Part shown: one piece after another, positions 9,401 through 18,627 of the stretch
Layout of the letters: each line of letters begins with the position of its first letter
How positions within the stretch are numbered: the stretch's first letter is position 1
Sequence record: NC_014636.1
Reading direction: 5' to 3' (one strand)
DNA: 64,000 bases
Translations under genes and position numbers: made by a program
The notes under the pieces: generated by a model
Seen by the model: only the letters and a program-made list of their open reading frames with translations
Told to the model about the DNA's origin: nothing
Database searches by the model: none

Positions 9401-10118
9401 TTATCAGGTCAGCACTATTACCGATGATGTATTCGACGCGAAAATGAGTATTTTCAGAACAGGCGATGTTCAGTTCTATAGAAACGTTTCAAACGGTGGA
9501 CAAGATCCTACCGCTGATAATCATTTGGCACGTTGGAGATATAACGAAGATCGTTATGTTCGCAAGACTGGAAACGTCACTGAGACTATTACCGGATTGA
9601 AAACATTCCAGAATGATACAACATTCAGTGCTGGTAACGGCAATGCGTTCAGTATTAAAGTTGGCGGTGCAATTGCATTAACTGGTTTGTATGCTGGAAC
9701 TGATGGTGCTCTTAACATCGGTTCAAACAAAATCGCATTGAACATTAGACCGAATGGGTATACAGACCCAACAAACCAGACACGATTCCATCCTGATGGT
9801 ATTGTTGAGGCATCCAGTCAAGTTAGAACTAAAGCAACCGCACCGGTCGCAGCTAACGATTTAACCCGCAAGGATTACGTCGATAACTTGATTGATGATG
9901 TTACTAAGTCTGCCGATAGTCGTGTAAATAAGAAAGGTGACAACATGACTGGCGAATTGATTATTACATCCCCACAAGCTATTACTGCAAATGGTGATGT
10001 GACAATCAAGGAACTGCTAACAGTTAAGCGTCTGAGAATTGAAGTCGGTAACGGTGAGTTCTTGGAAATTAGACCTAACGCAGTAACCAGATCTGTTGAT
10101 TTTATTTGGATTAGTTAA
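6405..10118 (+). CDS. 34: Long tail fibre proximal subunit gp34
   Basis: 1237 aa; FRATAGLDAAG-like N-terminus; many ATQAE..G....TPK repeats; divergent from rnh as in T4. Confidence 0.93.
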   Translation: MALQPLRATAGLDAAGHRAINFGYPDKTKGGDGVNVDFFTYENTIQPHSPSRTYPKDFAVTYNDRIYISEVEITAPEPFNLNKWKATRVDPSWRVVTSTANLQGNVRQGEYILSQIVGANSVYTMPFDAANNIPAAGDTVVIKDNGFATHDYEIVVNGNGKKINNQATHRITLSGSTTVFIYNGTEWVAQLWAQGDSNRTYVSSTSYIPGENFFRAKVGDHLVRETQYGGGIRIRLPRYANHGDTIVTYDLDRLNPLTKTEFFVYPNSNHKILVGVGETPVDSAKFDSTGWGYFVFDARINQWRVFDADTKARWNMIESNYTAILGEKLAVHAANATDTITVTFPQEASNGDSFIIDTSYMVQGSKITVKIPDAQANDYIVPDENALGTPYVSKYRDIVKDLTKFTTKTETFTIDGRSHQWEFTYFRNALGTGLDVWVLISNTPMPFRVDRNDTSFVGLAAIATQVEVNKNKEQITTGQNRDCEAFVTPETLSNKVATQTNRGIARLATDAESKATSGTTEAWNSVIMTPERVNNRLATETMRGVLTVATQAQANAMSGTGEMWAQTAITPKVLDGRKSTETQTGITYQVIQAGAKQAERGTKGVGVHDFDEHYRYVTPKVLFEKVATETSQGMGFVATQPETDAGTDNHVNGPLLVTAKTLQGRQATTALTGLSRAVTDAEMSSNTPPTGDNIHVTPDAIVKRTANETRWGLAETATQAEVDAGTLHDRWFVTPKTFGVWLNGTRLTVDVSSGLTTAGTIWAGQSFNIVESTETQRGTLRTATQAETNTMINPLDNVMITPKKLNDRKASETLTGIIEIATKAESDAGTDATRAMTPIRVLDSMRTSANHRMNESRYGVGMMCVLANDASANTVWQGDDIQGSTRPVGQYATDNIVVSPRALNTALAHYLPLLGVAESSRSMDTADGTRVKADDWIRRTVAQTITGGMKFTESPVIERASVVRLDMIATGGKQDTAIMFRNSTNKNWWANGVHVIDGAYQVSTITDDVFDAKMSIFRTGDVQFYRNVSNGGQDPTADNHLARWRYNEDRYVRKTGNVTETITGLKTFQNDTTFSAGNGNAFSIKVGGAIALTGLYAGTDGALNIGSNKIALNIRPNGYTDPTNQTRFHPDGIVEASSQVRTKATAPVAANDLTRKDYVDNLIDDVTKSADSRVNKKGDNMTGELIITSPQAITANGDVTIKELLTVKRLRIEVGNGEFLEIRPNAVTRSVDFIWIS

Positions 10119-10128
10119 CGGAGGCCAA

Positions 10129-13100
10129 ATGGCTGAATTAGTTATTGCCCGTGTTACAGAACAGGGTATTCAAGCTCGCGATCTGTCAGAAACATTTTCT
10201 GGCGATAACGAGTTAGTTATTAAGGGTCAACAAGGCAACGCAGGAGGTGAATGCGTTGCCACCTTAAACGGAATCAGCCTTAGCCCTTCTCAAACGAAGG
10301 GCTTAAACTGCATTCATTTGACCGAAGATTTTAAAGCAACCGGTATGGCATTTGACTTTTCAATTGCCGCGGATACAGATAGATTTACAAACTGGGTTAA
10401 TAGTTTGTCTACTGGTATTATTCTTCTAATGAGTCACACAGAAAACGTGACTAATGACAAGCTTAATACATATTTCGATCAAATTGGTTCTGTTGGTTGG
10501 AAGTATTATTGGAATCCAGCAAAAGGAACAAATAGAAGTTCTTACGTTGCTATTATTGATTGTCCACTGAAAAAGATCATGACTGAACAATTCATGGGTC
10601 ATGGTAAAACAACTATGCAAGCCCAGCTTTGTATTGTATTTGATACATTCGCTGATATTGGTGTTACCGGTTACGGTGATATGATTGCGTGGGAAGAAAA
10701 CGAAGTAATATCATCCACTGCTGGATATGCAGTTGTTAAAATCATCGATAAGCCATTATCTGAGTTGAATATCAAAGTCGGCGAATATATCGAAATGAAT
10801 GCGGAAGTGTTTCACGAACAAAAAGCAATTACAGATAAAACTGGTTGCGCTCTTATTATGCAGTTCTGGAATGGAAATACATATATTTCTGGTATGCACA
10901 TTAAGCCAACTGCGGTAGATGTTTGGACGCCGGGTTCAAATATGTCTAGGGTTCCGACAAACTGCAATCGAATTGAGTTGTCATTATATCGATATCCTAG
11001 TGTGCCAACAAGCACAGCAGCTATTGGTATGCGCGACGTAATGGTAAAGCTTAGAAAGCCGGAAGTTAATAAGTCTAGATCACATGGAACAGTTGGACAA
11101 TGGGGCTTTATTACTTCTACCGCCAATGAAGGCGATGCGGAAGCGTCTTTCGTTGCTAGTTCTAAGGTAGGCGATCTAGTATCTCAATCATACGAAGAAC
11201 TAGATCAAGAATGGTTGCCACAATTCGATCAAACTGGATATTTCGATATACCAGACTGGATTCCGGGTTCTAAATTCGAAGTTAGTCAAACTATCTCTTA
11301 TGACTATCCAGATATTACCGATACGTGGATGCGTTCTGGTATGGGTGGAACTACCGACGGAACGGAGAATAGAAATCTAAAAGTTGGTATTAGAACAGTT
11401 CATCATGATAGAGGAGAAGGACACTTCTTTAGTTATGGAGGATTTGGATACGATTTTGATGCTAGAATCGAATATGGTAAATCATACACATATAAGATTG
11501 AGGTTGACGGCTCAAATGTTAAGTTCTATCTGGATGGTGTAGAAGTTCAATCTGGAATCGCTACAGCTCCGTTTAAACAAATAACTCATTTTGCAGTCGG
11601 AGCAGATAAGCGAGGAAACGTTTATATGCATAAACTCCGCGGATCTGTCCATGAACTAAACATGATTGACAAAACTCGCCTGAATGGAACAAATGATCGC
11701 TTTTATAATTTCGTTAGACCCGGTCAACTAGATGATAAACGAACAGTTCCTGGCAAATCACGCTATAGCGGCAAAGAATATTTTGCTACCAACATTTCTC
11801 CTGATAATAGTGCAAATGCTCTTTATTGTGGACCTGGATCTAAACTTGTTCCCGGTGGTCTATGTGACGAAAGTAAAGATGTTTTCGTGACGATTTTAGA
11901 CGCCGGCGGAAACACATTGCTTCCTGGATTGGAACTCAATAAACGATATTCTTGCGTTGTTCGTGAGATCGCTAGTCCAAGAGCAGATTGGGTACAAAGC
12001 TCAAGTCAATATTCTATCAGAAATCCACTCGATGTTAATAATGGAGCGTGGATAGCAGAAGCCGACGGTAAAAACGTTAACACAATGAAGTTTAAGATTG
12101 AGTGTGTTATTAGTCCGAAGATTAACGGCAAAGTGACTAACGTTGATTGGATTGATATTAATAAGCAAATCGCTCCATTGAATGGCGTAGATCAATATTC
12201 AGATATTCAGCCTTGGAATGGTCCCGGTGAGTTTCAAATCAAATTCAATTCTCGTTCTGGTAAAGGATATATTCTTGAAGGTAGAACATTAACTGAAACT
12301 ATCAATCAGTTTGGTGGAATTTACATTGCAACAACTGGAATATTAACTGCATACGGAAATTATGTGATTTCTACTGTAAACGGAACTCCATTCACTGCCG
12401 GAATGCAAGTTCTTGCAAATACGGATTACGTTCTTAGTGGATATATCAAGTCGGGTAGTAGAGTTGTTCGGGTTGGTGCAAGATATAATAACACCGAGTT
12501 TTTCGATGGATATATCTGGGACTTCTCACTTGATGGAAAGGGTAAAGATGATCGTTATTACAAAAATTATAACATGAGTCGATATGATGCCTATAACAAC
12601 TATGTCAAGGACGAACTGGCAAAAGCAGATGTAATCGCAAGCAAAACTTACGTTTCAGATCTGAGTTTGTTTAGCACTGCCGTTAGACAAAATGAAAAGT
12701 CGTATAAGTTCAATACCGCAACGACTCCTAGTGGAGGCACTCTGAAATTTAGTGCACCAAAGGGTTCTATTGTTCGAATTGATTTTGACATCGAAGGAGA
12801 AACTCGGATTGAGTTGAGATATTCACCGGCACAAAGTGGTAGTGCTCCATTGATCAAATCTCTTCCTGCTGGAAGATGCAAAGGGTCAGTTGCTTATAAA
12901 ATCACGGACGAAGCTCCTGGCGTCTATATAAGAACGGTTGCACCTAAGCTCAATGAGGTAGTCAAGATTCATAAGCTAAACGTCTCCAGAGTTTACACCG
13001 ACGTTATTATCGAGAATTCTAGTGGAAGTGAATATAAACTAGAAGATCGAGAGACTCCGATCATGAAAACTGTGAATCGAACTAAGTGGATTCCTGATTA

Positions 13101-14046
13101 CAGAACTGGATATCTTCATATTCAAAACGCTTGGAAGCCAGATCCTAAAGATTGGGCAATTCGTGTTAAGTGTAAAGCTGGTGCTCTAAAAGACGATATC
13201 AATCCTATTTTGAGCGGGCCAGTCTATGATACCAGCACGATTTGCGTTGACCAATATCGAAGTGTTAGCTCAGTTCGTGTGTTCTCCTATAATGCGGCCA
13301 AGCAGCTCAATACAGGAATAACAATCGACGCTGGTGCTAAAGTGGGTGACGAGCTTGATATATTTGTGCGTGTTGTTGGTAACACAGTCACGATAACAGT
13401 AAATGGAAAAACTGCTACCGGGGCTTGGAATCCAGATGGTACAGAAAGTATAAATTTGATCGGCGCAAGGGCTGGAGGATATAGATTCAACAATGATATC
13501 ACGCTTGTTGAGTTGATTGACAGTAGCACTAAGTTGTGCAATAGCCGTCGTTATGATCTATCACAATATTCAACCGTTAAACCAGTTGATACTTTCATAG
13601 AAAACGAGTTGGGCGCAATCAAATATATTAGAATTGGTGAGATTGACGCAACAAACAAGATCTATGGATGGGATATAACTAAAGGCGAAGAAAATCAGAT
13701 TGGCAGAATGAAAGACTCACATTATATCGACGGTGTTCAAATGGATCTTTTTACTACTATAAATACAAGTGGTTATAGTGCTTACTTGCACTTTGTTGGC
13801 GATAAAAGACCATATAACGCAATCGATGTTGAGCTGTATCAAATCGACGATAATAATAACGAGCAGTATATCGGAACGTTTACTGCAATTCAGGCAATCA
13901 ACGCAACTGGATATGGAATTCCAGAAAACGCTGTTGTCACTTCTTGGTTCAGTGGATTGAACACTAACAAGAAAGTTATTTTCCGTCCCCGTGGAGCAGG
14001 ATCGCAACTAGCTTTAGCAGATGCGAAACCGTGGGTGGCAATCTAA
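10129..14046 (+). CDS. 35: Long tail fibre hinge gp35, greatly extended with beta-sandwich/LamG-like domains
   Basis: Follows gene 34; ATG at 10129 with GGAGG SD; about 1305 aa versus about 370 for T4 gp35; three repeats ending in ..GA....F.G.I...L.D....R.Y. Confidence 0.75.
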   Translation: MAELVIARVTEQGIQARDLSETFSGDNELVIKGQQGNAGGECVATLNGISLSPSQTKGLNCIHLTEDFKATGMAFDFSIAADTDRFTNWVNSLSTGIILLMSHTENVTNDKLNTYFDQIGSVGWKYYWNPAKGTNRSSYVAIIDCPLKKIMTEQFMGHGKTTMQAQLCIVFDTFADIGVTGYGDMIAWEENEVISSTAGYAVVKIIDKPLSELNIKVGEYIEMNAEVFHEQKAITDKTGCALIMQFWNGNTYISGMHIKPTAVDVWTPGSNMSRVPTNCNRIELSLYRYPSVPTSTAAIGMRDVMVKLRKPEVNKSRSHGTVGQWGFITSTANEGDAEASFVASSKVGDLVSQSYEELDQEWLPQFDQTGYFDIPDWIPGSKFEVSQTISYDYPDITDTWMRSGMGGTTDGTENRNLKVGIRTVHHDRGEGHFFSYGGFGYDFDARIEYGKSYTYKIEVDGSNVKFYLDGVEVQSGIATAPFKQITHFAVGADKRGNVYMHKLRGSVHELNMIDKTRLNGTNDRFYNFVRPGQLDDKRTVPGKSRYSGKEYFATNISPDNSANALYCGPGSKLVPGGLCDESKDVFVTILDAGGNTLLPGLELNKRYSCVVREIASPRADWVQSSSQYSIRNPLDVNNGAWIAEADGKNVNTMKFKIECVISPKINGKVTNVDWIDINKQIAPLNGVDQYSDIQPWNGPGEFQIKFNSRSGKGYILEGRTLTETINQFGGIYIATTGILTAYGNYVISTVNGTPFTAGMQVLANTDYVLSGYIKSGSRVVRVGARYNNTEFFDGYIWDFSLDGKGKDDRYYKNYNMSRYDAYNNYVKDELAKADVIASKTYVSDLSLFSTAVRQNEKSYKFNTATTPSGGTLKFSAPKGSIVRIDFDIEGETRIELRYSPAQSGSAPLIKSLPAGRCKGSVAYKITDEAPGVYIRTVAPKLNEVVKIHKLNVSRVYTDVIIENSSGSEYKLEDRETPIMKTVNRTKWIPDYRTGYLHIQNAWKPDPKDWAIRVKCKAGALKDDINPILSGPVYDTSTICVDQYRSVSSVRVFSYNAAKQLNTGITIDAGAKVGDELDIFVRVVGNTVTITVNGKTATGAWNPDGTESINLIGARAGGYRFNNDITLVELIDSSTKLCNSRRYDLSQYSTVKPVDTFIENELGAIKYIRIGEIDATNKIYGWDITKGEENQIGRMKDSHYIDGVQMDLFTTINTSGYSAYLHFVGDKRPYNAIDVELYQIDDNNNEQYIGTFTAIQAINATGYGIPENAVVTSWFSGLNTNKKVIFRPRGAGSQLALADAKPWVAI

Positions 14047-14089
14047 TCGTACCTACCCGGTACCCTTAACCGTAACAATTACGGTTTTT

Positions 14090-14116
14090 GCCCCAACTTA
14101 GGTTGGGGCTTTTTTT
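14090..14116 (+). terminator. Intrinsic terminator after gene 35
   Basis: GCCCCAAC-TTAG-GTTGGGGC followed by a T7 run. Confidence 0.85.
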
Positions 14117-14126
14117 ATTCCAATCT

Positions 14127-14134
14127 CATAAATA
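14127..14134 (+). promoter_or_regulatory. Putative late promoter (CATAAATA) for distal fibre 1
   Basis: ATAAATA core about 25 nt upstream of ATG 14160, directly after the terminator. Confidence 0.6.
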
Positions 14135-14159
14135 ATGAAAACTAACATGAGGATTAGAA

Positions 14160-17100
14160 ATGGCAGATCTTAAATTAGGGTCTCAGATTGGTGGAAATCT
14201 AATCTGGCATCAAGGAATTCTGGAATTAAATCCTGTTGACGATAAACTATATTATCAAGATCAGGAAATGATGACAACTAGAGGCAATCAAACTCTACTG
14301 GGTGCAATTAAATTCGGTACTCCGAATGATATGTACGATATTGAAAGTATGAGTGATGGGGCAGGCGGAATTAAGCGTTATCTACGTAAGTTTAGATCTG
14401 GTGCTACATCTACTATTTGGCACGAAACTATTACCGATCGTTTATACACAATTTCAACCGGTGTTACTGATACCGCTCCACAATTCACGTTGAATAACGG
14501 TGATAGTGCGACGTTTCAATATCCAGTATTAACTAACAGTCCACAATCTGGATTGGGGAATGCATTAGCAAGAAAAGATTATGTTGACTCTATTGATGCG
14601 AAAAACGTTGCTAAAGCAGGCGACACGATGTCCGGGGATTTACTTTTTAACTCAACAGCAAGAAAAATTCGAGTTAACGAGATTGCTAGTATTACATCTG
14701 GATGGGATGCAGCTGGTAATTCTACCTTTTTCAAATTGGGTGCTTATGATGTATCAAAGGGTGGCGACTTACTCGAAATAAGAGCAGCTGGTGCTGGAGT
14801 TGGAAACAGAACATCTGGATTCGATGTCAGAACAACAAAGAACATTTCAAATACACCGCTTTATGTTGGCGACAACATGGTTTATCATCCGGGAAATAAA
14901 CCTACTCCGGGCGATATCAATGCATACACAAAATCCGAAGTAGATGAAAAACATTGGATTCGAGTAAAAGACGAACGTGCCGCAATGATTGCGCCAAACG
15001 TATTACCAAAGAGTACAATGGCAGCTTATTTCACAAATCAAAGCGACGTTAGTTCTAGCTGGGTTTCTGGATTCACTGTGAATGGCTGGGATAGCACCTA
15101 CGCAGCTTGGTCATTGTTTGCTGGTTCACGTTCAGACGTCGATCAAAATCAGTTATGGTTTAAGCATGGTCGTTCCTCATGGCTTCCTAGCTCAAGAATC
15201 TATCACGAACAAGATAAACCAACAAACGACGAACTAAATCTGGTATCTCGCGCTGGCGATAGCATGACCGGTGTTTTGAACATGAAAGTTACTGATAGTA
15301 TGGGATTTGGAAAGTATTCTATCAGAATGAACAACGGTTCTATTGGTGGATTAAATCAACTGGTATTCGGAGATCCATCCGATACTACATCAGAAGGTAT
15401 TGCTTGGCCGAAGACCGGCAAAAATGATAGCGCGACAACAAACGCAGAATACGATTTGTTGTGGGCACTTGATGGTGATTTAAAGTTCAATAATAAGAGT
15501 ACATACGGCGAGTGGAATAAACCAACAAACGAAGATCTAAATCTTGTTTCCAGATCTGGGGATTGGATGAATGGTAAACTGGAAATTAGAAATGCTGAAT
15601 TTGAAGTAAAACATAATAACGTTAGACGTGTTATTACTCGTCTTGGTGTGCAAAATGATGCCAAACCATTCATGGTGTTGATTTGTCCAAAATACGTAGG
15701 CAAAGCATTACCGAAACGCGGGTTTGTTGGTCGTGTTACTTTCGAACGTGGAGCAACCACTTCAACTCTACAATCACAGTATGTTGACATTTCTGCTGTT
15801 ACTGCATACACGGCAACCGATGCGCAGATTCATTATGCTAGTTACTATGCTAATGTCAAACTTGTTTATCACACTCACACAGACGGTATCGAATATCTGG
15901 CATTGTATCGTAACATTCAAAGTTCTGCTACTGTGTTCATAGACGGATATTTGTATGGTTCCGAAGAAATGATTGTTATTTCGGATGCAACTGGATTAAC
16001 TGTCACTGATGTTTCAACCAGAGAAAGAATCTATAGTTCTGGTAATAAACCAACAAACGAGGATCTAAATCTGGTATCTCGCGCTGGCGACACAATTACC
16101 GGGGATCTTGTGGTTAGTGGAAAAATTACGGTATCTAAAGTATTACTATCTGGCGCACAAGGGACAGAAGAAAACGCATTAACTCGTAAGGATTACGTAG
16201 ATACTAAAGTAGGTACCGCAGTTCAATCGGTAACAGCTACCGGCGCAGTCAAGAGCACTGGCGGTATTAATCCAGTAATCAGCTTGGTAAATGCAACAAC
16301 AACAGAAGATGGCGCAATGTCTGCTGCTGATAAAGCCAAGTTGAATGGACTTCCTGCTGCTGCTGTGAATAAGACTGGCGATTCAATGACTGGTAGTTTG
16401 ACTTTCACAAATGATAGTCAACTTGTCTGGAGTAGAAACACCGATTGGGCTAAGATTGGATTTAAAAACGATTCCGACTCGGATGCTGATAGTTATATGT
16501 GGTTCGAAACTGGAGATAACGGAAACGAATATTTCAAGTTTAGAGTTAAACCTACTGGTTCTACTACATCGGAAGATGTGTTTTTAATAAAAAGAAACGA
16601 AACGAGATCCAACGGTAGATTTTTTGTAGATCCATCAATATCAGGTAGTGATTTAATTACGTTGATTGGGACACCCAATCCAACCGGAACTAATGCTCGT
16701 GGTATAAGTGGATATGAATCAACAGGCACAACTCGTGAATGGGGTGTAGGTGCATATTCAGAAAATGGTGTGATTTTGTATTCCTATTTGGGATTCGGAG
16801 AAACTCCATGGAATAATGGAGTTAAAATATACGCAGATAAAGTAGTTTCTCCAACCTCGTTCAATGCTCCTGATTTTATTCAGACAACACCGCAAAGTAG
16901 TGTAGCTGGTGCGAGTACAAGAAAGGATTATGTTGATACTCAAATTGCGGCAATAGACGCGAAAAATGTTTCTAAAGCTGGCGATACTATGACTGGCGAA
17001 TTGACTATGCCTAAGGTTAAAAGTGCGTTAAACTTGTTGGACAAAGCCAGTATTAGGTTTGCAGATCTGACTAACACTTGGTTCCATATATATTCAGAAG

Positions 17101-18101
17101 GAAATCAGTTTAAGATCAGTCAAGGAACTACTGCACAAACAAACGTATTTGCAATAAACAGCAACGGTGATATGGATATTGCGGGTTCGACTATTTCTAA
17201 GTATTTTAGAACTGATGAACTAGGAGGAACTAATACAGTAGCTCCATTTGCGAGTAAATCCAGTGGTGGTTCTTATGCCGCGATGTATACTAGATATGCT
17301 CCATTCCATACTGATGTTGTGCAAACTGGATCATCTTATGCTCCTAATGCTTCAATCAGATATACACATAACGGCACATACGCTGGTATGTATTCGACTG
17401 GTGTTTTGTGTGAGAGTGCAGGAACTCCTGGTAAATATACTATTCATCACATTAACCAATCTGCTGGTTCATCCAAAGTTTGGAGCTTTGATGGTAGTAC
17501 AGGTAGATTTACTGCTGATGGTCCTATTAGTTGTACCAATATTGATGTAAATGACGTTATTAGCGGAGAAAATTTACATCTTACTGGAAATATTAGACTG
17601 AACAATAGTGCTCCTACTATTACCATGCAAGATACCGATCACATGGGCGCATTCTTGCACACAAATAGTAATAACTTCTATGTGTTGAGATCTCCGACTG
17701 CGAATAACGGAAACTTCGATAGTGGTCCAGGTGGTGTTCATCCAATGACATTAAACTTGTCAACTGGCGATGCACAATTTAGCCGCAACGGTAGCTTTAA
17801 CGATGTTCAGATTAGATCTGATATTAGACTGAAATCTAACTTCGAACCAATCTTGAATGCTGTTGATAAAGTTTGCACATTGAGCGGTAAGACATTTGAT
17901 AAAGTTGGATGCGACAAACGAGAAGCTGGTATTATTGCTCAAGATCTTGAGAAAGTATTGCCAGAAGCGATTGGTAGTTTTAAAAATACTGCTGGTGAAG
18001 AGTATCTGACTGTTTCTAACTCTGGTGTTAATGCACTATTGGTAGAAGCTATCAAAGAACTTAAAGCCGAAATCGAAGAACTTAAATCTAAACTTAACTA
18101 A
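14160..18101 (+). CDS. Distal long tail fibre 1 (gp36-gp37 fusion-like) with C-terminal peptidase S74 intramolecular chaperone
   Basis: N-terminus MADLKLGSQIGGNLIWHQG matches the T4 gp36 start pattern; RKDYVD and AGD.MTG fibre repeats; C-terminal SDIRLK...REAGIIAQDLEKVLPEA plus coiled coil. Confidence 0.85.
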   Translation: MADLKLGSQIGGNLIWHQGILELNPVDDKLYYQDQEMMTTRGNQTLLGAIKFGTPNDMYDIESMSDGAGGIKRYLRKFRSGATSTIWHETITDRLYTISTGVTDTAPQFTLNNGDSATFQYPVLTNSPQSGLGNALARKDYVDSIDAKNVAKAGDTMSGDLLFNSTARKIRVNEIASITSGWDAAGNSTFFKLGAYDVSKGGDLLEIRAAGAGVGNRTSGFDVRTTKNISNTPLYVGDNMVYHPGNKPTPGDINAYTKSEVDEKHWIRVKDERAAMIAPNVLPKSTMAAYFTNQSDVSSSWVSGFTVNGWDSTYAAWSLFAGSRSDVDQNQLWFKHGRSSWLPSSRIYHEQDKPTNDELNLVSRAGDSMTGVLNMKVTDSMGFGKYSIRMNNGSIGGLNQLVFGDPSDTTSEGIAWPKTGKNDSATTNAEYDLLWALDGDLKFNNKSTYGEWNKPTNEDLNLVSRSGDWMNGKLEIRNAEFEVKHNNVRRVITRLGVQNDAKPFMVLICPKYVGKALPKRGFVGRVTFERGATTSTLQSQYVDISAVTAYTATDAQIHYASYYANVKLVYHTHTDGIEYLALYRNIQSSATVFIDGYLYGSEEMIVISDATGLTVTDVSTRERIYSSGNKPTNEDLNLVSRAGDTITGDLVVSGKITVSKVLLSGAQGTEENALTRKDYVDTKVGTAVQSVTATGAVKSTGGINPVISLVNATTTEDGAMSAADKAKLNGLPAAAVNKTGDSMTGSLTFTNDSQLVWSRNTDWAKIGFKNDSDSDADSYMWFETGDNGNEYFKFRVKPTGSTTSEDVFLIKRNETRSNGRFFVDPSISGSDLITLIGTPNPTGTNARGISGYESTGTTREWGVGAYSENGVILYSYLGFGETPWNNGVKIYADKVVSPTSFNAPDFIQTTPQSSVAGASTRKDYVDTQIAAIDAKNVSKAGDTMTGELTMPKVKSALNLLDKASIRFADLTNTWFHIYSEGNQFKISQGTTAQTNVFAINSNGDMDIAGSTISKYFRTDELGGTNTVAPFASKSSGGSYAAMYTRYAPFHTDVVQTGSSYAPNASIRYTHNGTYAGMYSTGVLCESAGTPGKYTIHHINQSAGSSKVWSFDGSTGRFTADGPISCTNIDVNDVISGENLHLTGNIRLNNSAPTITMQDTDHMGAFLHTNSNNFYVLRSPTANNGNFDSGPGGVHPMTLNLSTGDAQFSRNGSFNDVQIRSDIRLKSNFEPILNAVDKVCTLSGKTFDKVGCDKREAGIIAQDLEKVLPEAIGSFKNTAGEEYLTVSNSGVNALLVEAIKELKAEIEELKSKLN

Positions 18102-18134
18102 GGAGGACGGGGAGAAATCCCCGTTTAAATTATG
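18101..18134 (+). promoter_or_regulatory. Hairpin-bridged ribosome-binding site of the gp38-like gene
   Basis: AGGAGG (18101-18106), then ACGGGGA-GAAA-TCCCCGT stem (18107-18124), 7 nt, and ATG 18132; same design as T4 gene 38. Confidence 0.75.
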
Positions 18135-18572
18135 GTAGCATTACCGTTTTGGCTTAGCACGGCCAATACAGAATTAAGAGCCAATGGATGGGCTAGCAAC
18201 ATGAGAACACAAGCGGGTTTGCCTGCTGCTGGATTTATGAGTCAGTTGGTAAATAAAACCGCGATCAGTTTGATTGCTGCACCAAGTAGAACTAGCTCAA
18301 TGCCAGTTTATTTCTCATACGTAGGTGGAAAAGTTATTATGGAAGTTCCAACATATAACTTGAAACAAGAGATTATACTCGGCATGCCATATGTAAATAT
18401 TACATGGACTGGTCCAGTAGAAGCACAGGGATATCATGGTGGATGGCAGAGAATGGATGCTGGAATGATTAAAATGGTGAAAACAGTTCAAGCGACGACA
18501 GAATTTGTTATTACGTTTTCTAGCTCACCAGATGGAACAACATCAAGACATCAGTGGACGTTTAAAAACTAA
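18132..18572 (+). CDS. 38: Short gp38-like fibre-tip adhesin
   Basis: N-terminal FWLSTA..E...GWASNMRTQAGLPAAGFMSQLVNK resembles the Trp-containing gp37-attachment domain of T2-type gp38; position after the S74 fibre. Confidence 0.6.
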   Translation: MVALPFWLSTANTELRANGWASNMRTQAGLPAAGFMSQLVNKTAISLIAAPSRTSSMPVYFSYVGGKVIMEVPTYNLKQEIILGMPYVNITWTGPVEAQGYHGGWQRMDAGMIKMVKTVQATTEFVITFSSSPDGTTSRHQWTFKN

Positions 18573-18593
18573 GGCACCTTCGGGTGCCTTTTT
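18572..18593 (+). terminator. Intrinsic terminator after the gp38-like gene
   Basis: AGGCACC-TTCG-GGTGCCT plus T-run. Confidence 0.85.
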
Positions 18594-18594
18594 G

Positions 18595-18601
18595 CTAAAT
18601 A
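18595..18601 (+). promoter_or_regulatory. Putative late promoter (CTAAATA) for distal fibre 2
   Basis: Immediately after the terminator, 27 nt before ATG 18628, which has a GAGGAG SD. Confidence 0.65.
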
Positions 18602-18627
18602 CTGCTATAAACTGAGAGGAGTCTATA

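Noticed and set aside
6405-10118. CRISPR-like or tandem DNA array in the repetitive fibre genes
   Set aside because: The repeats are degenerate protein-level motifs within open frames, with no repeat-spacer periodicity
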